A stretch of DNA of 64,000 nt, from positions 143,376-207,375 of the forward strand of contig BCKQ01000018.1 in assembly GCA_001600695.1 (NCBI GenBank), given 5' to 3'. A program made the position numbers and the translations under genes. The number at the start of each line of letters is the position of its first letter. Within the stretch, counting starts at the first letter, position 1. A model generated the notes under the pieces. That model was given only the letters and a program-made list of their open reading frames with translations. It was not told the DNA's origin and searched no databases. Positions 24,651 through 35,885 of the stretch are shown here, piece after piece. This DNA comes from Ascoidea asiatica JCM 7603 (Eukaryota; Fungi; Ascomycota).

Positions 24651-25898
24651 TTAAGGAGTTGAACTTACAATATTAGGCATATTAAATAAATCATTTGATT
24701 GATCAAAAGAGTTTATATTACCATTATTATTATTATTTGTGTTTGTATTTCTATTTGTATTTGGAATAATATTATCGATATCATTATCAAAATAATCATT
24801 ATTATTATTATTATCATTATTAATATAGTTATCGATATAGTTATCATTATCATAGATATTATTATTTTTAAATCTATTTAAAATAGTATGATCAAAATTG
24901 ACAAATCTTAAACCACCATTATTATGATCATTATATAAATTAAGTAAATTATCATCATTGAAAGTGAAATTTGATTGAATTAAATTATTGATGATATTAT
25001 TTGAATTTAATTCATTATTAGTAATAAAATCATCATCATTATCTATATCATTATCATTATCGTTATCGTTATCGTTATCCATATCATTACGATTAGTATC
25101 ATTGTTTATATCATTATCGATATCACTTAAATTATCAGTTAAATTAATATTTCGATTATCTATATCATTTATATTGGTATTATTATTATTATCTATATTA
25201 TCGTTATCTATTTCATTATCATTATCAGTATTATTAGGATTCATATTAGTATTGTTGACATTGTTAGTAGTGTTATTATTAATATTATTATTAGTATTAG
25301 TATTATTGTTATTATTCATATTATTAGGATCATTATTTGTTGTTGTATTATTATTCATATTATTTGAATTTGAATTAGTATTTGTATTAGTTGTAAAATT
25401 TGAATAATTATTAATATTATTTAAACCTAAATAATTTAAATCAATTGAAGGATTATTATCATTTAAGAATTTTTTTAAATTTAAATCTTTCCAAATATAT
25501 TGATTTTTTTTAATTAATAATTTATTTTTAATTGAAGAAGAACCAAAAATTTGATTTTTTAATGAATAAATATTTGGTAAATTATTATTATTTAAAATAT
25601 CATCATCGTCATCATCATCATTATTATTATTACCATTACCATTATTATTACCATTGAAATTATTATTACTATCATAATTAATATTATCAACATAATCTAT
25701 GTTATTTATATTACTGTTATAAGTTGAATTATTAACATTATTTGAATTACTTAATAATTTTTTTAAAAACATTTGTAATTGAGATTCATTGATTTCAATA
25801 TCATCAAAGGGTAAAATATCTTTACTCCATTCAGTCATATATAAAACATGATGGGAAGTCTTTAAATGAATATATGAGAACTGTGAATCTCTAATCAT
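24651..25898 (-). CDS. SWM1: APC/C subunit Apc13/Swm1 with large Asn/Asp expansions
   Basis: N-terminal RDSQFSYIHL..LY..EW..D.LP.DDI and later WKDLNL motif. Confidence 0.75.
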   Translation of the reverse strand: MIRDSQFSYIHLKTSHHVLYMTEWSKDILPFDDIEINESQLQMFLKKLLSNSNNVNNSTYNSNINNIDYVDNINYDSNNNFNGNNNGNGNNNNDDDDDDDILNNNNLPNIYSLKNQIFGSSSIKNKLLIKKNQYIWKDLNLKKFLNDNNPSIDLNYLGLNNINNYSNFTTNTNTNSNSNNMNNNTTTNNDPNNMNNNNNTNTNNNINNNTTNNVNNTNMNPNNTDNDNEIDNDNIDNNNNTNINDIDNRNINLTDNLSDIDNDINNDTNRNDMDNDNDNDNDNDIDNDDDFITNNELNSNNIINNLIQSNFTFNDDNLLNLYNDHNNGGLRFVNFDHTILNRFKNNNIYDNDNYIDNYINNDNNNNNDYFDNDIDNIIPNTNRNTNTNNNNNGNINSFDQSNDLFNMPNIVSSTP

Positions 25899-26059
25899 TT
25901 TTGATATAAGATTATAATATGAATTGATCTTTTATTCAGAAAGTAAATTATCAATCAAGATTCTTTATTTCTATTGTTGTTTTAAAAATTATTCAATATC
26001 CTTATCAATATCAATAACAATATCAATATCAATAATTGATTTGGAAATTTTGAAGATTA

Positions 26060-26145
26060 GCCACAAACAATCACGTGTATTAATTGAAGCCATAAATGAG
26101 GTACTTCTGAATATTACTCACGCCTCTCTTTTGTAGTTTTGTGGC
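26060..26145. promoter_or_regulatory. Ndt80/MSE-like sites and an E-box upstream of SWM1
   Basis: GCCACAAAC (26060), TTTTGTGGC (26137-26145, GCCACAAAA on minus strand), CACGTG (~26072). Confidence 0.5.
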
Positions 26146-26442
26146 TGATTATAATTCCTAAAACAGAAATATCAAAAACTGCGGCGTTTCTTTCTTTTTT
26201 TTTTTTGATCACGTAATCGCGGTGTCAGCCGAAATGTTTTCAGATCTGGCCTGAGCCTGTTTTGCAGTGCAGACTGAGATCTGACTGGGAGAAGGAGCAC
26301 CACCGCCAGCTGTTCCATCTTTCTGCTGCTGTTGTTTCTTCTGTCGAAGACTCAAAAACAGGAGACTCTGCTGCCTCTACTTCTGCGTCTGCTGCTTTTC
26401 CGAACCATTCTTTTAGCTGTTTACTATTGCCACTCTGCTGAA

Positions 26443-27478
26443 ATGAAGTCTCAAGCTATATTTAATCTATGTTTATATTCTTTCTTTTTCGCTAATAGTA
26501 AGTATATTTCAGATCTACAACAAACTCAAGGATATTTATCCTCAAAAGATTTCTAAATAATATCAATCTTTCAATGATATTGGATGAATCATTCAGTTTT
26601 CTTGATTCTTGTGAATCTTCGGTTATATTCTCATTCATGATTTACTAACCACTCACTTTATAACCACAGATATACTAGCAGCTCCAGCTGTAGTTGATAC
26701 TGAAACAACCACCGCTGCTACCACGGCAGCCGCTACAGCTGCCACTACTACTACAGCTGCTGATGCTGTAGCTGCTGCTGCTGTTGATACTACCACCACT
26801 GCTGTCGCTGCTGCCGCCGCTGCTGATACAGATACTACAACAACTGCTGCCGCCGCTGCTGTTGCCACTACTACAACTGGGGTTACAACTGGAACAACTG
26901 CTGCTACAACTGCTGCCACCACTACTGCTGCAACTGCTGCAACTACAACCCCCAAAACTACTGCTGCTACAACTGCTGCTACTACTACCACTGGTGTCAC
27001 AACTGGTGTCACCACTGGTACAACTGCAGCTACAACTGCCGCTACAACTACAGCAGCTACAACCACAGCAGCTACAACCACTGCTGCAACGACTACTGCT
27101 GCTACTACAACTGCCGCCACAACTACTTCTGATTCTTCAGAATCTTCTGAAACAGATACTGGTACTGATGATTCATCTGGTTCAAGTGCTTCAACAACTT
27201 CTCAAACTTCAATTTGGGTAACTGTAACTTATTCTGATGGTGGTGTAGCTACTGTTGAAACAACCTTTTCTCAAGTTTTTGCTTCTATATCAACTGTTGC
27301 AGCAACTCCTGCTTCGGGTTCAGTTGGTTTAGGTACAATTTCTGGTACTGTTGGTGGAATTGAAACTGGTATAACAATTACTCTTGGTTCAACCAATTTA
27401 GGTAATAATTTAATCAATCAAAATTCAAAAGTTTTATCGACTGGTTTATTTTTGGGAATTGCTGCTTTATTACTTTAA
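26443..27478 (+). CDS. KRE1: Kre1-type GPI cell-wall protein; exons 26443-26497 + 26670-27478 (~287 aa)
   Basis: GTAAGT at 26498, TACTAAC at 26643, CAG at 26667-69. Spliced product has signal peptide MKSQAIFNLCLYSFFFANNILAAP, a Thr/Ala tract, the Kre1 motif SIWVTVT..G..T..T.FSQ.F..P.SGSVGLGTI.G.VG and a hydrophobic GPI tail. Confidence 0.88.
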
Positions 27479-28108
27479 TCAAACTAATTATTTAACAAAA
27501 AAACAAAAAAAAAAAATTAAAAAAAAAGAAGCAAATTATTTTATTGATTTAAATCATTAATAAATCATTATTTCATTATATCTTTAGAATTAAATTAATT
27601 TCATCATTTTTCCATTATTTATCCATTATTTTTTCTTTTCTTTAGAAAAAAATTAAAATAGTATTATTCATTCCATTTATTCTCAATCAAATTAATAATA
27701 CTATTCTGTACTTTATAATTTTTACAAATATACAGTTTATAAATATATACTTATATATATTTATATTAAAGGTAATATATTAATATATAATATAATTCAT
27801 CTTTCATTTTTTCATTTTTTCATTTCTACAACTTCTTTAACATTGGATCTCTTTTTCTTTTTTTTTTGGGTTTTTGATTTTGTTTTCATTTTATATATTG
27901 TCTTTCAATTTTTGATTCAAAATCTATTTTTATCTTATTCTTAACTAAATAAATATAAATTTACAATTATTTTTCATAAACAAACTTTATTACAGTAGCG
28001 CTTATAACATTTTTTCAAAAAAAAAACAATAGCATTAAATAGTGATATATTTCAAAATATAAAATTGATAGAAAATAAATTAAATATCTTTAATTTTTTC
28101 AATGAAAA

Positions 28109-28786
28109 TTAAACATGGAATGATTTATTTGAAGAATCATCATGAGAAGTAAATTCAATTCTATCATTATCTTCTAATTTTAAAATAATTTTAAATTTTT
28201 TACCAATTGGTTCTAAACTTTCTTTTTTACAAGATTTTGTCCAAAGACCAACTCTATAAAAGACTTTTCTAACATTTAATACAACTCCATTAACTTCATT
28301 TTCATCTTCTTCAATAGTTTCACCAATTAAAGCTAATACAGATCTCATCCAAAGATCATTAATATTAAGTCTTGTTTTTTCTTTGAATTGATAAGACCAT
28401 TTACCACCTTTTGAATTTAAAGAATCTTCCCATTCAGGTCTAATACCTTCTTTAAATAAATGATAATCTGACCTTGTTGGTAATTCATTTGCAGGTGGAA
28501 TTGCATTATAAATTCCCCAAAATTCTTCAACTGTACTAAATGTAATAACTGGTTTTAATAAATCACCCCAAGATTCATTTTTTGTTACTGGAGGTTTTGT
28601 ATACCATAATGTCCATTTAGAATTTAATGGATGATATACATTGAATTGTTTTGAAGAAAAAATTGAAATAGGTTCTTGTTCTTTTGTTAAAGTTTTTTCA
28701 TTATTTATTTCTTCAACTTTTTTTATTTCTTTTGATGAATCATCAATTTTTAAATTTTCTAATTTTTTTTCTACAGCTTCACTCAT
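28109..28786 (-). CDS. CDC33: Translation initiation factor eIF4E
   Basis: HPLNSKWTLWY, TVEEFW, DYHLFKEGIRPEWED..N..GGKW. Confidence 0.97.
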   Translation of the reverse strand: MSEAVEKKLENLKIDDSSKEIKKVEEINNEKTLTKEQEPISIFSSKQFNVYHPLNSKWTLWYTKPPVTKNESWGDLLKPVITFSTVEEFWGIYNAIPPANELPTRSDYHLFKEGIRPEWEDSLNSKGGKWSYQFKEKTRLNINDLWMRSVLALIGETIEEDENEVNGVVLNVRKVFYRVGLWTKSCKKESLEPIGKKFKIILKLEDNDRIEFTSHDDSSNKSFHV

Positions 28787-29486
28787 GATTATTATTATTA
28801 TTATATTATTGTTATTATGATTAAATTTCTATTGCCTTCTATGAATTAAATTTCTTTAATCTCTAAAATGATATTGATTTATATTCTGCTTTAATTTGGT
28901 TAAAATGATACAATGTTATATAATATGCTATGGAGTAATATAAATTAATATAAAATAAGCGCTTTGAAATAATTTGAAAATGATATTTTGTGACTAATGA
29001 TAAAATGAGGAAATTATTAAAGATTTTAATATATTTCTAATATATTTATGATAAAGTAAAATTTAAGAGTTACAAATCGTAATTATGTTTCTGCTGAGAT
29101 CAACAACTGAATCTCAATTCTTTTATTTATCTCCAAAGTCAATTAACAGCACTTTGAAAATTTTATTCTTTTTCAGCAATTTTTCCACGAAAAATCTAAT
29201 CGAGAAAAATTATTTTGAAGTTTGTGGCGCTGCGTCAGCGCTGAGTCAGCACAAAACAAAAGTCATGTGATGATGCTGATTTCCGGCCGACGCGTAAAAA
29301 AACTATCAACTAACTAATTAATTTATTATTGAAATTTTCAAAAATAATAAAGGTTATTAATTATTAATTTCAAAATTTATTTATTTTGTTTATTTTATTT
29401 ATTAATATAGATATATATTTTTTATCAGGTTTCGATTTTAGAGTTATATTATAGTGAAGAACGGTAGAAAGAAAGATGTGAAATCC

Positions 29487-32400
29487 TTAATCAAGGTATT
29501 TACTTAATGGCTCTCCTAGAACTTTTTCTATGACTTTAACTAAACCACCTCTAACTTCTAGTTCAACTGACTCATCATCATCTTCTAATAATTCTGCAAT
29601 CACTGGAACTAATTGAGGCAATAAGATTTCCCATTCGCTACCAACTTTTTGAAAGAGTCCCTTCAATGTTCTAACAACCCAAAATTTCTCTTTACTTTTA
29701 CAATCATATTTGCTATGTTGAATTAATAATTTACATAATTTTTTATTATGTTCTTCACTACTACACTTTTGGGATAATAATACAATACTTTTAACTAATT
29801 GTTTTCCGATATTATCCTCTATATTTATAAACTGATTAGTTAATCCTTCTGAAATTGAATCAAATCTGGTTTCAATTCTCCAATATCCTGAAGTTTCTTT
29901 ATCTGAACTATCATATCTAAATGATGAACATAATGAAATTAGTATTAACCTTCTTAAATTTATATCATTAAATTCACCTTTGGAAAATTTATCTAATAAT
30001 TTTATAACATTATCTAAAATATATGAATAATATGTTGTTATTACTGATTTTAAATTCTCTTGAAATTTATTAAAAAATTTAAAAAATGAAATTAGTCTTT
30101 CATTTTCTGTAATTTTTTTATTTGTAATACCTTCTCCATTAAATGCCCATCTTGTAATTAATGCAAATGATGGTCTAAAAATCTTTTCATCTGTTTTCAA
30201 TGCATAATCATTACCACATTGGAAAAATAATGATTCAATTCTTTGAATTGTATTATTATCAAATGAACTTTCCACTCTATATTCAAATGTTAAAATTAAA
30301 AATTTAAAAAATATTGAAGAATTTGAATTTGCTGTTTTTCTATCCATTAGGTTTATAACCTTAATCATTACATTTAAAAATAATCCAATTGTTATTGGTG
30401 ATTTAGATTTAGATGTAGTTTTCCATAAATTACAAAGATCTTTTAAAACAATTTGTTTATCCATACTTTTAACAATAACATTAAGTATTAAAATTCTTGT
30501 TTTCTCATTAATATTATTTGAATTGAAAATATTTATAAAAATTCTACTAATATTAGTTTGCATAAATACTGGCATTTTCTTGATTAAATTAGAATGTAAA
30601 AGTAATATTGATGTTTGAAGTAAAGTTTCTGCCGAAACTTCAAATTCGTCTTCTTTTTCTTTTATTGCGGCGCTTTCTTTTTCACTTTTTGATTTATTTG
30701 AATTTTGATCAAAAAGATCAAATGAAGATTTTAAAATCTTTGGGAAAAGACTAATAGATTTAATACCGATCACATTAATAATACGAGAAATTAAATTAAC
30801 AGATGATATAATTACCTCTGCTGAACAAGTTTTATCACCTAAATTATATGTAGATAATGAAAGGGATTTCATTAAGGAATCACTTGTAATATTATCACCA
30901 AATTTATAAACTAAAGAATTTAATGTATCTAAAGAATTTTGAATCAATCCAACATTTGAATTTTGTTTCACAACAGCTAATAATTCTGGAGCTAAAATAT
31001 TTGCAGTTGAAATAGAATTTTCATCATTGGCTGATTCAAGTTCAAATTGATTTTCTATTTGTTTAACAATTTGACTAGTAACATTCAATGACATTTCATC
31101 TGAATCTTTATTTATTTCTTTTAATAATTTTATAGAAGCTTCAACAAATTGATTGATGGGTAAGCATCCTAATAAATCTTTCAAAAGATTGATTAATGAG
31201 CTTTTAATATTGTTCTGAAGTTCTTCTTCCCCTTCATCTAAGATATCTTCATCGCCATATTCATTTATAGTAACCATTAAAACATTAATAAGGTTTTTAA
31301 ACTTATCTAGAAGTTCATTAATATAATCTTGTTTAGAACGAGGATCTAATAGTGTACCAATAACTTTAAGTTTTAACAAAGGTGCTTTATTGGAGTAACT
31401 TGATTCTGCTGAGCTCAATAAACTAACATCAATAAAATGTAAAATATTTCTTTGCAATTGAGAAAGTTCATTATTATTTTTATAAACTAATGCTGGACCA
31501 AAAACAGGCCTTAATAATGTCTGGGACTCAAATTTTGTAAGATTTTCCTTTTTCTCTTTCTTAATATTGATGACTTTCAAAACTTCAAGCTCTCTCCATA
31601 ATTTAATAATACTAGATATAGAATTGATTTGTTCAATAACAGAGAATTTTTCAAAAAATGAATAAAAAAAATCAGTTAAGGATCTACATTCTCCCATTTT
31701 ATGTTCCACTAAAGATTCAGAATATTGTACACCGATCAAAAACATTATAATATGAATAGAATAAGCTGATCCTAAGGTTGAAGCCACTGTATAAAATAAT
31801 TTAACTCTTCTATGTCTAGGAATATGAAAGAAAGCACTAATAAAACTTGTCAATAAAAGTTCGACTTCTTCAACTTGACCATTCTCAACATTTGAAGCCA
31901 AGGCTGGAACAACATTCATTATAGTCTGTTCAATAACATTAGCTGAAAATTCATCATCTTGTCTAATAGTATGAGATCCCATAAATGTAAATATGGGCAT
32001 CACTGAGTGTAATATTAATTCTGGATTTACTTTTGCTAAAGAGGCTATAACAAGTAAAAGTTTGTTTTGATATTGAGGAGATTGAGAAGAACGAATAGAG
32101 GAAACTATTAGATCAGCACGAACAGGATTTTCCTTTAATTCAAATGAGGTGGATGCCATTCTATCAACAGTTAAAAGAATTGAAGATGCTAAGGTCTCTT
32201 GAGTATATAAAACTGGCAAATTTCCATCAGCACCAAGGGTGTCTAAATCCGATAATAAATTAACCAAAATTGAAAGTAATTCGGAGGTTGGTGTTATAAA
32301 TTTTCCCTTTTGTTCGTAAACTTCTAGAATTATGGTCAATTTTTTCAAATATACTTCAGCAACCTTTGCAACATCTGTTTTCTTCATAGCTTGTTTGGTA

Positions 32401-35075
32401 ACATTTGAGGAACGTCTTCTTCTTTTGGCAACAAATTGTGAGTTTCCAGAATCTACAGCACTAGATTTCTCGGGTAATGATGTTGCTGTTTTTTTGAAAA
32501 TCTGCAAATCTTTGAATAAGGCAGAAAAAAATTCAACCTTTTCTATTTTTAAAGATTGTAATGTAAGAACAGAATCATATAATACACCAATTATGTCGGA
32601 GTCATCTGGTTGACAGGAATCATCTAAAATCAGACTAAAAAAACTCATTTGTAAATCAAATTTTAAAGTTGGAAATATTTCAATGATTTTATTTGCAGCT
32701 TTTTCAGCCAAATTTGCATGAATAGAATGTAATCCATTTTTGAGAAAATTTATACCTGTTGAACTTTTCTCTATGGGAGAAATTATGTCAACGATTGTTT
32801 TTTCAAATAAATTAAACTGAAATCCAAAATTCTCACACAGACTTTCCCAAAAAGCCCTTTTCTTAGTATATTCATTTAATAAATCTTTGAATAATTCAGA
32901 TGATTGAGCAATTTTAAGGGATTTTGAAATTGCATTATCGTTATTAAAAGCTAAAACAATAGTTAATAATTGTATTTTGCAAAAAGGTAAATTTAAAAGT
33001 AATACTTGATTTGATAAAAATGCAAGAAAAAGTTTTCCGATTTTTTTAATATTGAAAAGCTGGTGAACAAAAAAAGTTTTCATTTGATTATTATCCAAAA
33101 TAAAGTCATCTAAATTGACTAATATTTTTTCTATTAAAGTCTTTGAATCCTTAGCACTTAAAACAACCAATTCAGTTGAGCTATCTCCATCATATAAATC
33201 TGATAATAAAGCATCTTTTTTCAAATTTTCAAGTTTTATAGTTTTAACTAAGTCAGCAGCTAAAGTTCTAACCAATTTATTTGAATCTGTAAGTAATGAA
33301 ATACAAATGGGTAACAATAATATTAGTGATTTTTCTTTTTTTTCATTCAAATTTATTTTAAGATATTTAAGAGCCATTGCTCTTGCATTTATGGGGCAAT
33401 TTAAGCTAACTGAAACTCGGATAAGAAAAGTAATAAGACCTGAATTTTCCAAGAAAACTTCATTTAAAAAAGTTTTAGCTGAATTGGAGGTTATGGAAGT
33501 GTAAAACAAAGTAAGCAATTGATCGAATTCTTTATTTACTGAATCATTGGAATGAAGAAATGAGACAATTTTCGTTTTATTTTTCTCAAAATTTGCAGTA
33601 AGCTCAGCTAATATCTTTTCATTAGGCTCATTGGAATCTTCTTCTAGTTCAATATCACCATCTGCATCGCTTGTCAATTTATTTGAAATAAGATTAATAT
33701 TTTCTTCTAGATCGAATGTTGTTTGTAGATTAAGTTCTAATTTTTGAATATCCATATTATTCATTTTTAATGATTCAATCACTAAATTCTTATGTTTTGA
33801 TAAAAAATATTCGAAAACATGAACAATATTAGAATTATCTTTTACTAAAGATTGAGTTTGACTGACTTTAATTGAATCGAATAAAATTGCTTTGTTTTGA
33901 CTTTGACTAAAAGTTATCAAATGAAGTAATTGATTGATTATTTTATTAGCAGTAATATCAACAGATTTGTTTATAATTATTGATCTTAGTAAAGATGAAA
34001 AAAAATTAGAACTTGAAGTTTCATAAAGACTAATAATCAATTCAATATAATCTTCATTAGAATTGAAAAAATCGAGTACTAATTTCAAATTATTTGAAGA
34101 TATTGGTTTTAAGACATCTGGTGAAATAGATTGATATACTTTAACTACTGAGATAATAGCAGTTCTTTTGGAAAACTTATAGTCCGATGATAGAATGGTT
34201 TCAGTTATAGCATTTATAACATTGTTGTCTAATGGGACAGTAGCTGATAAAACAGGTAATAAAGTATGAGCTGTTATTTGAGAATCAGTATTTGATGAGT
34301 TCAAAGAAATGGATGAAAATTGTAAAATTATCGCAGTTATTTCTTTTAAGTATGTTTCATTTGTAGAATTGGAAGCCAACAAATTTAAGAAAATTTTAAT
34401 GATAAAAATCAATTGAAATTTGTATTGAAAATTTTTCTTAATTTGACTTGTTAAAAAGTTAATATATAATTTCATAAAATCAAGATCCTTAAAGGCCTTT
34501 AATACAGCGACATATGAGACTTTCTGGGAAGAATTTGGACCTTGTTTTTTGAAAGCTGATAACCAATTAAATAAAGGAGGTAGGGCATTGGTATTTATGA
34601 TACCTATTATTTTTGTGAATATTTCTGATTGAAAATAAGGTAAAGAGTATATTAATAATGATTCTACATTCTCTTTATGGATGTTTATATTAAATCTTCT
34701 AATTAACCATTCAAGACAATTCAAAGTATCAGGATTTTGAGGAAATTGATTAGAAGAAAATAATAAAGATAAGAATAAATCAATAGCATTGTTTAAATTC
34801 TGAATTTGATCTTTTGTTTGAACATTTCTATCTATAGAAATTGAAGATTCAGAAAACAAAGACAATTTAAACTTGGAGAATCTTTTATCAAAAGATTCTA
34901 ATTCCAACAATGATTCATATGCTATTGCATATAAAGAATCGAAATCTTGTGATGCAGCTGTTTTTGGATCATATATTAAAGAAAGAGAATGAATTTTACT
35001 TCTTTTCTTACGATCTAAAACCACTGCAGCATTACTATCAGCAATTTTAGAAAGTTGTGCTGACAAAGAGGACAT
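29487..35075 (-). CDS. UTP10: U3 snoRNP HEAT-repeat protein Utp10
   Basis: MSSLSAQL N-terminus, LEWLIRRF, LHSVMPIFTFMG, HIPRHRR, LPQLVPVIAELLEDDDE C-terminus; 1862 aa. Confidence 0.96.
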   Translation of the reverse strand: MSSLSAQLSKIADSNAAVVLDRKKRSKIHSLSLIYDPKTAASQDFDSLYAIAYESLLELESFDKRFSKFKLSLFSESSISIDRNVQTKDQIQNLNNAIDLFLSLLFSSNQFPQNPDTLNCLEWLIRRFNINIHKENVESLLIYSLPYFQSEIFTKIIGIINTNALPPLFNWLSAFKKQGPNSSQKVSYVAVLKAFKDLDFMKLYINFLTSQIKKNFQYKFQLIFIIKIFLNLLASNSTNETYLKEITAIILQFSSISLNSSNTDSQITAHTLLPVLSATVPLDNNVINAITETILSSDYKFSKRTAIISVVKVYQSISPDVLKPISSNNLKLVLDFFNSNEDYIELIISLYETSSSNFFSSLLRSIIINKSVDITANKIINQLLHLITFSQSQNKAILFDSIKVSQTQSLVKDNSNIVHVFEYFLSKHKNLVIESLKMNNMDIQKLELNLQTTFDLEENINLISNKLTSDADGDIELEEDSNEPNEKILAELTANFEKNKTKIVSFLHSNDSVNKEFDQLLTLFYTSITSNSAKTFLNEVFLENSGLITFLIRVSVSLNCPINARAMALKYLKINLNEKKEKSLILLLPICISLLTDSNKLVRTLAADLVKTIKLENLKKDALLSDLYDGDSSTELVVLSAKDSKTLIEKILVNLDDFILDNNQMKTFFVHQLFNIKKIGKLFLAFLSNQVLLLNLPFCKIQLLTIVLAFNNDNAISKSLKIAQSSELFKDLLNEYTKKRAFWESLCENFGFQFNLFEKTIVDIISPIEKSSTGINFLKNGLHSIHANLAEKAANKIIEIFPTLKFDLQMSFFSLILDDSCQPDDSDIIGVLYDSVLTLQSLKIEKVEFFSALFKDLQIFKKTATSLPEKSSAVDSGNSQFVAKRRRRSSNVTKQAMKKTDVAKVAEVYLKKLTIILEVYEQKGKFITPTSELLSILVNLLSDLDTLGADGNLPVLYTQETLASSILLTVDRMASTSFELKENPVRADLIVSSIRSSQSPQYQNKLLLVIASLAKVNPELILHSVMPIFTFMGSHTIRQDDEFSANVIEQTIMNVVPALASNVENGQVEEVELLLTSFISAFFHIPRHRRVKLFYTVASTLGSAYSIHIIMFLIGVQYSESLVEHKMGECRSLTDFFYSFFEKFSVIEQINSISSIIKLWRELEVLKVINIKKEKKENLTKFESQTLLRPVFGPALVYKNNNELSQLQRNILHFIDVSLLSSAESSYSNKAPLLKLKVIGTLLDPRSKQDYINELLDKFKNLINVLMVTINEYGDEDILDEGEEELQNNIKSSLINLLKDLLGCLPINQFVEASIKLLKEINKDSDEMSLNVTSQIVKQIENQFELESANDENSISTANILAPELLAVVKQNSNVGLIQNSLDTLNSLVYKFGDNITSDSLMKSLSLSTYNLGDKTCSAEVIISSVNLISRIINVIGIKSISLFPKILKSSFDLFDQNSNKSKSEKESAAIKEKEDEFEVSAETLLQTSILLLHSNLIKKMPVFMQTNISRIFINIFNSNNINEKTRILILNVIVKSMDKQIVLKDLCNLWKTTSKSKSPITIGLFLNVMIKVINLMDRKTANSNSSIFFKFLILTFEYRVESSFDNNTIQRIESLFFQCGNDYALKTDEKIFRPSFALITRWAFNGEGITNKKITENERLISFFKFFNKFQENLKSVITTYYSYILDNVIKLLDKFSKGEFNDINLRRLILISLCSSFRYDSSDKETSGYWRIETRFDSISEGLTNQFINIEDNIGKQLVKSIVLLSQKCSSEEHNKKLCKLLIQHSKYDCKSKEKFWVVRTLKGLFQKVGSEWEILLPQLVPVIAELLEDDDESVELEVRGGLVKVIEKVLGEPLSKYLD

Positions 35076-35885
35076 TTTTCTTGAATATATTTATCTTGGA
35101 TAATTTTTTTCTTTTTTTTCTTTATTCTACCTGTTTTTATCTTTTTTTCCTCAGTTTTAGAAAGGTTTAAAAGTAATACTTTATGTTCTTCAATCTTTTT
35201 TTTGTTTAGCGGTTGAAAAGTTTGAATTTCTTCACCGTTATAAAAAAACTTTCAAAAAAAAAAAAATTTCCAGGAGCAAGAATATGCAATTCAACCTGCG
35301 GTTATGCTCAATAAGCGTTGCGTTAATATCGCGCTATTTATTGCGCTGGTTTTGCACTATTTTTGTGCCTTTATCGAGATTTTGGATTATCTTGAAAAAA
35401 TTTATTCTTTGAATGTTTGCAGAAAAATTATTTTATTATTTTTTATTAAATATATTTTCTATTTTGGAAATCATTCAATTGAATGTTAATCCTAATACTA
35501 TTTAATAATCTTACTAATACAATAAACTCAGAAAATCAAAACCCCTAAAAAACTAATATGTGTCGAATGAAATGTAAGAAAAAAAAAGAAATATTCAAAT
35601 CCCCAGTTGAATATAAAATACCAGAAATCCTAAATAATCAAAAACAAAAAAAAGACCATTACAACTGAAATCCCTGAATTTTTCAAAGGATGAAAAAGAA
35701 TTGAAATCTAAAAAATCAAATAAATATAAAACAAAAAAGTAAAGTTTAAAAATGTTCAAAAATTGATCAAGAAAGAATTGAAAATTGAAATGAAAAATGA
35801 GAAAAGAAATGAAAAAATTAATGAAAAAAGGAAATGAAAAAAAACTAAAATAAAATTGGATCTGAAATTGAAGAAAAACTATTAT

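Noticed and set aside
24988-25407. Hydrophobic antisense ORFs (also 24699-24881 and 58058-58255)
   Set aside because: Shadows of AAT/GAT codon repeats on the opposite strand.
26653-27221. Val/Ala-rich and Leu/Gln-rich ORFs
   Set aside because: Alternative frames of the KRE1 Thr/Ala repeat.
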